This document shows positions 34,507-42,288 of a stretch of 64,000 nt of DNA, piece by piece (the stretch's first letter is position 1; the number at the start of each line of letters is the position of its first letter). The DNA comes from Ignavibacteria bacterium. Its GTDB lineage: Bacteria; Bacteroidota; Ignavibacteria; Tepidaquicellales; OLB5. The translations under genes were made by a program, and so were the position numbers. Below the pieces are notes generated by a model. It was not told the origin of the DNA and did not search any database. It saw only the letters and a list, made by a program, of their open reading frames with translations. Where the stretch lies: NCBI GenBank assembly GCA_041859235.1, contig JBHEKV010000060.1:4884-68883 (forward strand). Direction: 5' to 3'.

Positions 34507-36195
34507 TCACACCTGCAGCACACCAGGATTGAATTTAGGTATTTCAGGGTTATTATTTGCGCAGCCAAGACTGGTTGAAATTATTTTCCTTGTATCAGCC
34601 GGATCGATAATTCCATCAACCCACAGACGCGAAGCGGCGTAAAGCGGATCAGCGTGGGCATCGTAATGATCTTTAATCTCTTTCAGCATTGATGCCTGTT
34701 CTTCTTCGCTAAGTTCCTTACCCTGTTTTTTCAACTGCCCGATCTTAATATTCAGCAGAACATTGCTTGCCTGCGCCCCGCCCATAACAGCAATAGAGGC
34801 AGTTGGGTATGCGAAAATGAACCTCGGGTCATATGCCTTACCGCACATTGCATAGTTTCCCGCGCCGTAACTGTTACCTACAATAATGGTAATCTTGGGA
34901 ACAACGGAATTAGCAACAGCATTAACCATTTTTGCGCCATCTTTGATTATTCCGCCATGCTCAGCCCGTGAGCCCACCATAAATCCCGTTACATCCTGCA
35001 GAAATATCAACGGAATTTTTTTCTGGTTGCAGTTCATAATGAATCTTGCACCTTTATCAGCGCTATCGGAATATATCACTCCCCCAACCTGCATTTCACC
35101 CTTGGCGGTCTTTGAAATTGTACGCTGGTTCGCAACTATTCCTATTGACCAGCCGTCAATTCTTGCATATGCTGTAATAATACTTTTACCGTAACCTGCT
35201 TTGTATTCATCAATTTCGCTGCCATCTGTAATTCTTGCTATAAGCTCATACATGTCATATGGCTTTGCTCTATCCTGCGGCATAATGCCATATATTTCTT
35301 TTTCAGGGTATAGCGGCTCTTTTGCTTCAATTCTGTCAAAACCCGCTTTTTCAGTATGCCCGAATTTGCCTACAAGATTCCTTATGGTTTCAAGGCACTC
35401 TTCATCGCTTTTCATTTTATAATCTGTGACACCTGAAATTTCTGTGTGAACGGTTGCACCGCCGAGTGACTCGTTATCTATATTTTCTCCGATTGCGGCT
35501 TTAACCAAATGCGAGCCTGCCAGGAAGACACTGCCGTTTCCTTCTACTATTAGCGCCTCATCGCTCATTATGGGCAGGTAGGCGCCGCCTGCAACGCAGG
35601 GACCCATTATTGCGGCTATCTGGGGAATACCTTTTGAGCTCATAACTGCATTATTACGGAATATCCTCCCAAAGTGCTCTTTATCAGGAAATATATCTTC
35701 CTGCAGAGGTAAAAATACTCCGGCTGAATCAACCAGGTAAATTATGGGCAGCCTGTTTTCAATTGCAATTTCCTGCGCGCGCAGATTTTTTTTACACGTT
35801 ATCGGGAACCATGCCCCGGCTTTCACAGTGGCATCATTGGCAACTATCACGCAATCACGCCCGTGTATCTTGCCAATACCGAAGATCGTTCCGCTCGATG
35901 GCGCGCCGCCATACTCTTTATACATTCCGTAAGCAGTAAACAATCCGATTTCCATAAAATATGAACCTTCATCTATCAGCAACGCAATTCTCTCGCGGCA
36001 ATGAAGTTTTTTCTGTCCGTGGAGCTTTTCTATTGCTTTTTTCCCGCCTCCAAGCATAGTTTCTTTCGCCTCGGCGTTAATTTTTCTGAGCAGGTTCTTC
36101 ATATTATCTTCGCGCTCATGAAAGCCCTGGTCTTGTGTGATGTTGGTTTTTATTGTACTGATGGTGTATATCTCCCGTAATTTTTGTGAATTCAC
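34507..36195 (-). CDS. Acyl-CoA carboxylase carboxyltransferase (beta) subunit, methylcrotonyl-/propionyl-CoA type
   Basis: Two carboxyltransferase halves, an N-terminal GGGKKAIEKLHGQKKLHCRERIALLID and central GPCVAGGAYLP. The internal start at 36102 (MKNLLRKI) is equally plausible. No biotin-carboxylase partner is in the window. Confidence 0.85.
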   Translation of the reverse strand: MNSQKLREIYTISTIKTNITQDQGFHEREDNMKNLLRKINAEAKETMLGGGKKAIEKLHGQKKLHCRERIALLIDEGSYFMEIGLFTAYGMYKEYGGAPSSGTIFGIGKIHGRDCVIVANDATVKAGAWFPITCKKNLRAQEIAIENRLPIIYLVDSAGVFLPLQEDIFPDKEHFGRIFRNNAVMSSKGIPQIAAIMGPCVAGGAYLPIMSDEALIVEGNGSVFLAGSHLVKAAIGENIDNESLGGATVHTEISGVTDYKMKSDEECLETIRNLVGKFGHTEKAGFDRIEAKEPLYPEKEIYGIMPQDRAKPYDMYELIARITDGSEIDEYKAGYGKSIITAYARIDGWSIGIVANQRTISKTAKGEMQVGGVIYSDSADKGARFIMNCNQKKIPLIFLQDVTGFMVGSRAEHGGIIKDGAKMVNAVANSVVPKITIIVGNSYGAGNYAMCGKAYDPRFIFAYPTASIAVMGGAQASNVLLNIKIGQLKKQGKELSEEEQASMLKEIKDHYDAHADPLYAASRLWVDGIIDPADTRKIISTSLGCANNNPEIPKFNPGVLQV

Positions 36196-36228
36196 AAAGA
36201 TAAAAATATAAGTGATAATATACTATTA

Positions 36229-36260
36229 ATAAAAAAGGGATAAACATTGTTTATCCCTTA
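36229..36260 (-). terminator. Rho-independent terminator downstream of clpX
   Basis: AAGGGATAAACA (36235-36246) / TGTTTATCCCTT (36248-36259), then a T-run on the minus strand (A-run 36231-36236 on plus). It is preceded by a second hairpin CACAGACA-TTCC-TGTCTGTG (minus-strand sequence). Confidence 0.72.
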
Positions 36261-36307
36261 TATACACAGACAGGAATGTCTGTGCTACTAACTTAATTTA
36301 TATTTTT

Positions 36308-36342
36308 TAATTCTTAATTCGTAATTACTAATTCCTAATTGA
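36308..36342. repeat. Five exact-period heptamer repeats TAATTNN
   Basis: TAATTCT TAATTCG TAATTAC TAATTCC TAATTGA, with TAATT starting at 36308, 36315, 36322, 36329 and 36336. The array abuts the clpX stop codon (36344-36346). Confidence 0.85.
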
Positions 36343-36343
36343 A

Positions 36344-37627
36344 TTAAGCGTACTTTGTGCTGGATTCCTGAATATATACCGGCTGATCTTTTTTATTGAT
36401 CACTTTTTCAGTAATAACACACTTGGATACATTTTCTTTTGAAGGAAGTTTGTACATTATATCTATCATAATTTCCTCAAGTATTGAACGCAGCGCTCTT
36501 GCTCCGGTCCCTTTCGTAATTGCTTTCTTAACTACTGCCTGAAGCGCGTCATCTTCAAATTCAAGTTCAACGCCTTCCATTCTGAAGAGTTTTTTATATT
36601 GTTTTACAATTGCATTCTTAGGTTCCGTTAAAATAGAAAGCAATGCTTCTTCATTTAATGAATTCAGAACGGCGGTTATAGGCAGCCTGCCGATAAATTC
36701 CGGAATAAGACCGAACCTGATAAGATCATCCGGCTCTACCTGCCCCATAAGCTCATCATATTGTTTTGATTTTTTGCTTATGATCTCAGTTCCAAAACCG
36801 ATGGATGTCTGTGAGACTCTCTGTTGGATAACTTTTTCAAGTCCATCAAACGCGCCACCGCAAATGAAAAGTATATTTTTGGTATTAATACTTATTAGAG
36901 GCTGCTCAGGGTGTTTCCTGCCGCCTTTGGGCGGCACATTGGCGGTTGTACCTTCTATTATCTTGAGTAATGCCTGCTGAACTCCTTCGCCCGATACATC
37001 ACGGGTAATAGAAGTGCTATCTGATTTACGGGAAATTTTATCGATTTCATCAACATATACTATTCCGCGCTCGGCTTTTTTAACATCATAGTTTGCTGAT
37101 TGCAGCAGGTGTACGAGAATTGTCTCAACATCATCACCAACATAACCGGCTTCAGTCAGAGTTGTAGCATCTGCAATTGCGAATGGTACATCAAGCAGTT
37201 TTGCCAGGGTCTGTGCAAGAAAAGTTTTACCGCTTCCGGTCGGACCAATGAGCATGATATTGCTTTTTTCTATCTCAACATCATCAACATAGCTGAACTC
37301 GTTTGAGTCAATTCTTTTGTAATGATTATAAACTGCCACTGAAAGAACTTTTTTAGCGGCATCCTGCCCTACAACATACTGATCCAAAAACTTTTTAATT
37401 CCCTCCGGGGTAAGCTCGTGCCTCTGGGGCAGATTTTTATTCAGGCTTGCTGCTGTACTCTGCTTTATGATAGTCATTGCATTGGTAATGCACATATCGC
37501 AGATGTAGACCTTTTTGCCGACATAGTTTGAAGGTCCAGCGATCATGCTTGTTACCTTATTTGCGCTTCTGCCGCAAAATGAGCAAACCGGTGAATTAAT
37601 GTTTTTGATGTTTGTTTTATTGGACAT
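36344..37627 (-). CDS. clpX: ATP-dependent Clp protease ATP-binding subunit ClpX
   Basis: N-terminal zinc finger CSFCGR..C..C, Walker A GPTGSGKT, Walker [10 protein letters not shown], and the IGF-type loop region. Confidence 0.95.
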   Translation of the reverse strand: MSNKTNIKNINSPVCSFCGRSANKVTSMIAGPSNYVGKKVYICDMCITNAMTIIKQSTAASLNKNLPQRHELTPEGIKKFLDQYVVGQDAAKKVLSVAVYNHYKRIDSNEFSYVDDVEIEKSNIMLIGPTGSGKTFLAQTLAKLLDVPFAIADATTLTEAGYVGDDVETILVHLLQSANYDVKKAERGIVYVDEIDKISRKSDSTSITRDVSGEGVQQALLKIIEGTTANVPPKGGRKHPEQPLISINTKNILFICGGAFDGLEKVIQQRVSQTSIGFGTEIISKKSKQYDELMGQVEPDDLIRFGLIPEFIGRLPITAVLNSLNEEALLSILTEPKNAIVKQYKKLFRMEGVELEFEDDALQAVVKKAITKGTGARALRSILEEIMIDIMYKLPSKENVSKCVITEKVINKKDQPVYIQESSTKYA

Positions 37628-37694
37628 GTTTTAGATATGTATAATTTAAGTCCTGTTTGTTGATGTTTTATGTGTTGAATCTGTGTGAAATCAG

Positions 37695-37776
37695 TACTGG
37701 AGAGGAGACTCGAACTCCTAAGCCTTACGGCACATGCTCCTAAGGCATGCGTGTATACCAATTCCACCACTCCAGC
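37695..37776 (-). tRNA. tRNA-Leu (anticodon UAG), class II with long variable arm
   Basis: The reverse complement is GCTGGAG TG GTG GAATTGGTATA CAC G CATGC CTTAGGA GCATG TGCCGTAAGGCTT AGGAG TTCGAGT CTCCT CTCCAGT A. All four arms pair, with G1-U72. CCA is not encoded. Confidence 0.88.
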
Positions 37777-37860
37777 AAACATAACTCTATTGTCAAGATC
37801 TCTGGAGTCTTACGGCATCCCGCCCTGGCGGGACGTGTATACCAATTCCACCACTCCAGC
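37777..37860 (-). pseudogene. 84-bp unit 1: truncated, T-arm-less tRNA-Leu-like element plus 25-nt spacer
   Basis: Its first 27 nt are identical to the tRNA-Leu 5' half. Then comes the hairpin TCCCGC-CAGG-GCGGGA, then TGCCGTAAG, then ACTCCAG pairing with CTGGAGT. No T arm. Spacer AGATCTTGACAATAGAGTTATGTTT. Confidence 0.7.
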
Positions 37861-37944
37861 AAAGATAACTCTATTGTCAAGATCTCTGAAGTCTTACGGC
37901 ATCCCGCCCTGGCGGGACGTGTATACCAATTCCGCCACTCCAGC
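37861..37944 (-). pseudogene. 84-bp unit 2: second copy of the truncated tRNA-Leu-like element
   Basis: Differs from unit 1 at 3 of 84 positions (37780/37864, 37807/37891, 37850/37934 by alignment). Confidence 0.7.
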
Positions 37945-38155
37945 TTAAAAACTAAAAAGAACTTACCAAACTTAAACAATAAAGTATTAAAAATCAAGAA
38001 CCCTATAAAAATAATGCGGTTACGGTATATAGCTAAAGAATAAGTTTAAATATTGACTTATTCGCAGGGTTCCTTAGTATTTAATGCTTAAAAATAAATA
38101 AAGGTTGCATTCTGTGCAATACTGTAATTACATTAATTTAAGTTAAAACATCAAG

Positions 38156-38229
38156 TCGGCGCGACTGGACTTGAACCAGCGACCCCCACTACCCCAAAGT
38201 GGTGCGCTACCGGGCTGCGCTACGCGCCG
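38156..38229 (-). tRNA. tRNA-Pro (anticodon GGG)
   Basis: The reverse complement is CGGCGCG TA GCGC AGCCCGGTA GCGC A CCACT TTGGGGT AGTGG GGGTC GCTGG TTCAAGT CCAGT CGCGCCG A. 74 nt, canonical cloverleaf. Confidence 0.92.
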
Positions 38230-38542
38230 AATGAATCAGTACAAATTTAAATATTAAAAAGTAACAAAAAAAGCCACGAACTTTGCTTAATTTTATCAGC
38301 TGTCTAAACTAATGATCCTCGTGCCACGAATACGCATAACTAAGATTCTAAATTAATGAAAGTTTTTTGTCGATTGAAAGTTTTTAGAACATTTAACTTC
38401 GTGGAACGAGTAGCTTTTTTTGTTTCAACATTCATTCATTTCTATGCAGTGAAACGGAGAGACAACTGCCCAAGGATATATTCATAGTAGACTATTAAAT
38501 ATATCAAAAAAGACCAGTATGATCTATCAATTATTAACAAAG

Positions 38543-38568
38543 ATGCTGAAACAAGTTCAGCATGACAT
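38543..38568. repeat. 'ATGTC + hairpin' mini-repeat copy (loop AACAAG type)
   Basis: ATGCTGAA-ACAAG-TTCAGCAT followed by GACAT (38564-38568), then AATTTTTTT. Same flank as the copies at 4364 and 4651. Confidence 0.75.
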
Positions 38569-38610
38569 AATTTTTTTAAAAAATAATGATTACGATATAT
38601 TAAAGCTAAA

Positions 38611-38640
38611 ATAAAAAAGTCCGGTTCAAACCGGACTTAA
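38611..38640 (-). terminator. Rho-independent terminator of the MerR-like gene
   Basis: AAGTCCGGTT (38617-38626) / AACCGGACTT (38629-38638). On the minus strand it is followed by TTTTTT (A-run 38613-38618 on plus). Confidence 0.72.
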
Positions 38641-38664
38641 ATTTATTAATTATTATCTTAGTTA

Positions 38665-39123
38665 CTAATCATCTAACTGGTTATATAATTCTTCCAGAAA
38701 CTTCCGGAGTTCTTTAAGATCTTCAACCATCTTATCGCTTTCTCTGTCACCATCCTCCATTACTGCGGTTTCGGTCCCCTGGTGACTATCAAACAGACTC
38801 AATTCACCTGCTTTTTGTTTTTGAACTTCAACTACATTCATATCAGATTTTTCGGCGCCGTCATCTCCAACATTGTAATTTTTAATGATCTTTTTGGCTC
38901 CTTCAATAGTATATTTTTCCTCTTTAAGCAGCTTTTTGATAAGCAGGATCATTTTGATATCTTTATTTGTATAAATCCTGTTACCTGATGAATTTTTAGC
39001 AGGGTTTAATTGTTCAAACTCTGTTTCCCAATACCTCAATACATACTGTTCCAGGTCACATATTCTGCTCACCTCGCTGATAGAATAATACAGCTTCTTC
39101 ATTGAAAAATTTTTCATAGCCAT
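38665..39123 (-). CDS. MerR family transcriptional regulator
   Basis: N-terminal HTH YYSISEVSRICDLEQYVLRYWETEF followed by ..GNRIYTNKDIKMILLIKKLLKEEKYTIEGAKK... Confidence 0.8.
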   Translation of the reverse strand: MAMKNFSMKKLYYSISEVSRICDLEQYVLRYWETEFEQLNPAKNSSGNRIYTNKDIKMILLIKKLLKEEKYTIEGAKKIIKNYNVGDDGAEKSDMNVVEVQKQKAGELSLFDSHQGTETAVMEDGDRESDKMVEDLKELRKFLEELYNQLDD

Positions 39124-39266
39124 AAATTTAATTCTTATGATTTAATTCAAAAATACTTATTTTTGTGATACTTTTCAACAGGTAACTATCAAAATACTTC
39201 ATTTATTTAGATTAGTCAATAGCAAATGCAAGCAGTTATGCTTAAATTAGCTGCATAAAGGAAAAA

Positions 39267-40691
39267 ATGAACGAAATTAGGGTTAGATTTGCACCTTCGC
39301 CTACCGGATTTTTGCACGTTGGCGGCGCCAGAACGGCCATATTCAATTGGCTTTTTGCCAGGAACAGAAATGGCAAGTTTTTGCTCAGAATTGAAGATAC
39401 TGATCCTGAAAGAAGCAAAAGTGAGTTATCTGAACATATCATTCGCAGCATGAACTGGCTGGGTATGATTGCCGATGAGCCAATTGTTTACCAGGCTTTG
39501 AATATCGAACGCCATAAACAGGTGGCAATGGAATTACTGGCAAGCGGTAATGCATACTATGCTTTTGAAACCCCGGAAGAGCTTGAAGAACAAAGAAAGA
39601 TCGCACAGAGAAATAAGGTGCCCTTCAAATATAACAGAGCTTCACTTGAACTTCCTGAAGAAACTATCCGGCAGTATGTTGCTGAAGGCAAACCTTATGC
39701 AATAAGATTCAGGGTCCCTGAGGGAATAACGGAGTTTGAAGATATTGTTCACGGAAAAACTTCATTCAGGAATTCTGATATTGATGATTTTGTGATCCTT
39801 CGTTCAGATGGTTCGCCCGTGTATATGATTGCGGTTGTGGTAGATGATCATGACATGAAAATATCTCACATCATAAGGGGCGATGATCACTTATCCAATA
39901 CTCCAAAGCAGATATTAATGTACAGGGCAATGGGCTGGGAAGTGCCCGAGTTCGCACATCTGCCAATGATCCTCGGTGAGGACAAGAAAAAGCTTTCCAA
40001 AAGACGTAATCCTGTTAGCACTGAAGAATACAGAGATAAAGGCTATCTGCCGGACGCACTTTTCAACTTCCTGACACTTCTTGGATTTGCACCCGAAAAC
40101 AATGCAGAGGTTGTCTCAAGGGAGGATCTGATAAAGATCTTCACTTTTGAGAGAGTAAACAAAAAATCTGCCGTGTTTGATATGAAAAAGCTGAACTGGA
40201 TAAATGGTGAATATATCAAAAAGACAGGACCTCCAACACTTATCAGCCTGCTACAGAATTCGAAAATAGGCAGAGAAATGGAAATTGATCTAACCGGATT
40301 TACTGATGAATATCTGACAAAAGTGTTTGACCTTATGAAAGAGCGAATTTCAACAATAAATGAAATTCTGGAATATGGTAATTACTTCTTTAATGAACCT
40401 TCAGGTTATGACGAAAAGGGTCTTTCAAAACACTGGTCATCCGAAATGAAACCTCATATCAATGATCTTGCTAATGAGCTTAGATCAACCGATACCTGGA
40501 CTTCTGTCAACTTAGAGCACATTTTGAGAGTTTTCGCTGAAAACAGGGGCTTAAAAGCGGCTCAATTCATTCATATTCTGAGACTATCGGTAACCGGGAA
40601 AACCGTAAGTCCCGGTATATTTGAAGTACTTGAAATTTTGGGGAAAGATACGGTATTACATAGAATTACTGATTTTGTGCAAAAAAATTAA
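39267..40691 (+). CDS. gltX: Glutamate--tRNA ligase
   Basis: RFAPSPTGFLHVGGARTA (HIGH region), KLSKR (KMSKS region), class I GluRS layout. Confidence 0.95.
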   Translation: MNEIRVRFAPSPTGFLHVGGARTAIFNWLFARNRNGKFLLRIEDTDPERSKSELSEHIIRSMNWLGMIADEPIVYQALNIERHKQVAMELLASGNAYYAFETPEELEEQRKIAQRNKVPFKYNRASLELPEETIRQYVAEGKPYAIRFRVPEGITEFEDIVHGKTSFRNSDIDDFVILRSDGSPVYMIAVVVDDHDMKISHIIRGDDHLSNTPKQILMYRAMGWEVPEFAHLPMILGEDKKKLSKRRNPVSTEEYRDKGYLPDALFNFLTLLGFAPENNAEVVSREDLIKIFTFERVNKKSAVFDMKKLNWINGEYIKKTGPPTLISLLQNSKIGREMEIDLTGFTDEYLTKVFDLMKERISTINEILEYGNYFFNEPSGYDEKGLSKHWSSEMKPHINDLANELRSTDTWTSVNLEHILRVFAENRGLKAAQFIHILRLSVTGKTVSPGIFEVLEILGKDTVLHRITDFVQKN

Positions 40692-40805
40692 ATTTTATAT
40701 TGTTTTTTTCCATTTCAATAGTTACATTTGCTTCAATCAAAGCGTTAACATTTAATTAACAAAACCTCTCCCTAAATAAGGAGAATTATTGGAGGTAATA
40801 ACTAC

Positions 40806-42125
40806 ATGAAATATCTTAAACTTTTTGTATTGGCAGTAGCTTTTCTTTTCGCTGCTAATACTTATTCACAGTGGACATATTGCAATGGTTCTGCTGGTAT
40901 GACCGGTCTTGGAACAAATCCCGGCATATACTGTCTCGACGGAAACAACGCAATAGTTGTCGGAGGCGTAACAGGTGCACCAAAAGTTTACAAAACCACA
41001 AACGGCGGCGTCAACTTTGTTAACATAACTGCAAACCTAACCGGACCTGAATTATATGCAGGCTGTATGATTGATGCAAATACATTAATGGTTGGCGATG
41101 GCGCAGGTAATGCTAAATTATGGAGATCAACTGATGGCGGCGTTAGCTGGACAACGGTTTTAACAACAGGCGGTTCGGGAGGATTTTTTAACGGTATCGT
41201 TAAATCTAACTTAACTCCCGGATTTGTTGTAGCACAGAGCGATGGACCGACAGGTTCGGGCGCAACTTGCGTAATGTATATTTCAACAAACTCAGGCGCA
41301 ACATGGACACCTTCGCTTCAGACGGGTGTTGGATTTACAATTGGTTCATTGCCTGCAGTATTCTGTATAGATAACCAGTTCTTTGGTAACGGTGCAAGCA
41401 CTACACCAAGGGTTGCAATAACAACAAACGGCGGTACAACATGGAGTGGATATCCTATCAGTGTTACAGGTACATTTACATCCGGCGTAGCTTTTAACAA
41501 TAACAAGCAAAATGGACTTGGTATTTCAAGCGCTTCATATCCGAATATTTCTAGAACAACAAACGGCGGTGTAAACTGGACAACACTTTCAACAGGCGGT
41601 ACAGGAACAAGCACGCTTAACGTTTTAAGATGGGCACCCGGAACAGACATCTGCTATTTGGCTACATCACTTGGTATTATGGTTACCACAAACAATGGTA
41701 CATCATTTTCCAACATGACAACAAGCTCAATTACAGGTTTCTTTGATATTTCAGTTCAGGTTGTAGGCGGCAACATAGTAGGTTATGCAGTAGCAGGCGA
41801 TGGAAGCGTTGTAAAACTTTCAACCCCTGTTGCAGTTGATCCGGAAAACACAACTACACCATCAACATTCGCACTTGAACAGAATTATCCAAATCCGTTC
41901 AATCCTTCAACAACAATCAAATATTCAGTACCGGTCAGCGGTAATGTATCAATAAAGGTATATAACAGCATCGGCGTTGAAGTTATGACAGTTGTTAACA
42001 AGAACCATGTTGCAGGTAACTATGTTGAAAACGTTGATCTCAGCGGACTTTCATCAGGTATCTACTTCTATACATTAACATCAGGTGATTTTAAAGATAC
42101 AAAGAAAATGATGTTAGTAAAATAA
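40806..42125 (+). CDS. BNR/Asp-box beta-propeller protein with T9SS C-terminal sorting domain
   Basis: Signal peptide. Six Asp-box-like repeats (TTNGGVNF, STDGGVSWT, STNSGATWT, TTNGGTTWS, TTNGGVNWT, TTNNGTSF). C-terminus LEQNYPNPFNPSTTIKYSVP. Confidence 0.72.
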   Translation: MKYLKLFVLAVAFLFAANTYSQWTYCNGSAGMTGLGTNPGIYCLDGNNAIVVGGVTGAPKVYKTTNGGVNFVNITANLTGPELYAGCMIDANTLMVGDGAGNAKLWRSTDGGVSWTTVLTTGGSGGFFNGIVKSNLTPGFVVAQSDGPTGSGATCVMYISTNSGATWTPSLQTGVGFTIGSLPAVFCIDNQFFGNGASTTPRVAITTNGGTTWSGYPISVTGTFTSGVAFNNNKQNGLGISSASYPNISRTTNGGVNWTTLSTGGTGTSTLNVLRWAPGTDICYLATSLGIMVTTNNGTSFSNMTTSSITGFFDISVQVVGGNIVGYAVAGDGSVVKLSTPVAVDPENTTTPSTFALEQNYPNPFNPSTTIKYSVPVSGNVSIKVYNSIGVEVMTVVNKNHVAGNYVENVDLSGLSSGIYFYTLTSGDFKDTKKMMLVK

Positions 42126-42199
42126 CGAAGTTATTTTGCAAACCTTGTTTCTAAGGTTAGTAAAATAATTCATTTATTTTGAAGTTTATTTAGTATTTC

Positions 42200-42234
42200 A
42201 AAAACCCCGCTGAATAAGCGGGGTTTTTTATTTT
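42200..42234 (+). terminator. Rho-independent terminator
   Basis: ACCCCGC (42204-42210) - TGAATAA - GCGGGGT (42218-42224), followed by TTTTTTATTTT. Confidence 0.82.
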
Positions 42235-42288
42235 GGTTTGAGATTTTTTTCATAAATCGTTAGATTAGTAAAAAACCTCGTCAATAAT

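Noticed and set aside
37552-37782. 76-aa minus-strand ORF spanning the clpX start region and the tRNA-Leu gene.
   Set aside because: It reads through the tRNA gene and overlaps the clpX N-terminus in another frame. No support.
37777-37944. Possible CRISPR array (direct repeats next to non-coding DNA).
   Set aside because: There are only two units, they are contiguous with no unique spacers, each is homologous to the adjacent tRNA, and no cas genes are in the window.
37685-38043. Three overlapping ORFs (87, 85 and 98 aa, both strands) with internally repeated peptides such as YTNSTTPA..LLSRSL and WWNWYTRPARAGCRKT.
   Set aside because: They run straight through the tRNA-Leu gene and the two 84-bp tRNA-like units. 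The peptide repeats are just the DNA repeat read in different frames. There are no start-site signals.
38053-38082. Sigma70-like promoter TTGACT-16 nt-TAGTAT on the plus strand.
   Set aside because: It would drive transcription antisense into tRNA-Pro, with no plus-strand gene downstream. It is probably a chance match in AT-rich DNA, and I cannot verify this organism's promoter consensus.
37628-38664. tRNA-adjacent genomic island or integrated element.
   Set aside because: There is no integrase, excisionase or phage/plasmid gene on either side. The duplicated segment is the 5' half of the tRNA, not the 3' end that integrases normally duplicate. The flanking genes (clpX, gltX) are core housekeeping genes.
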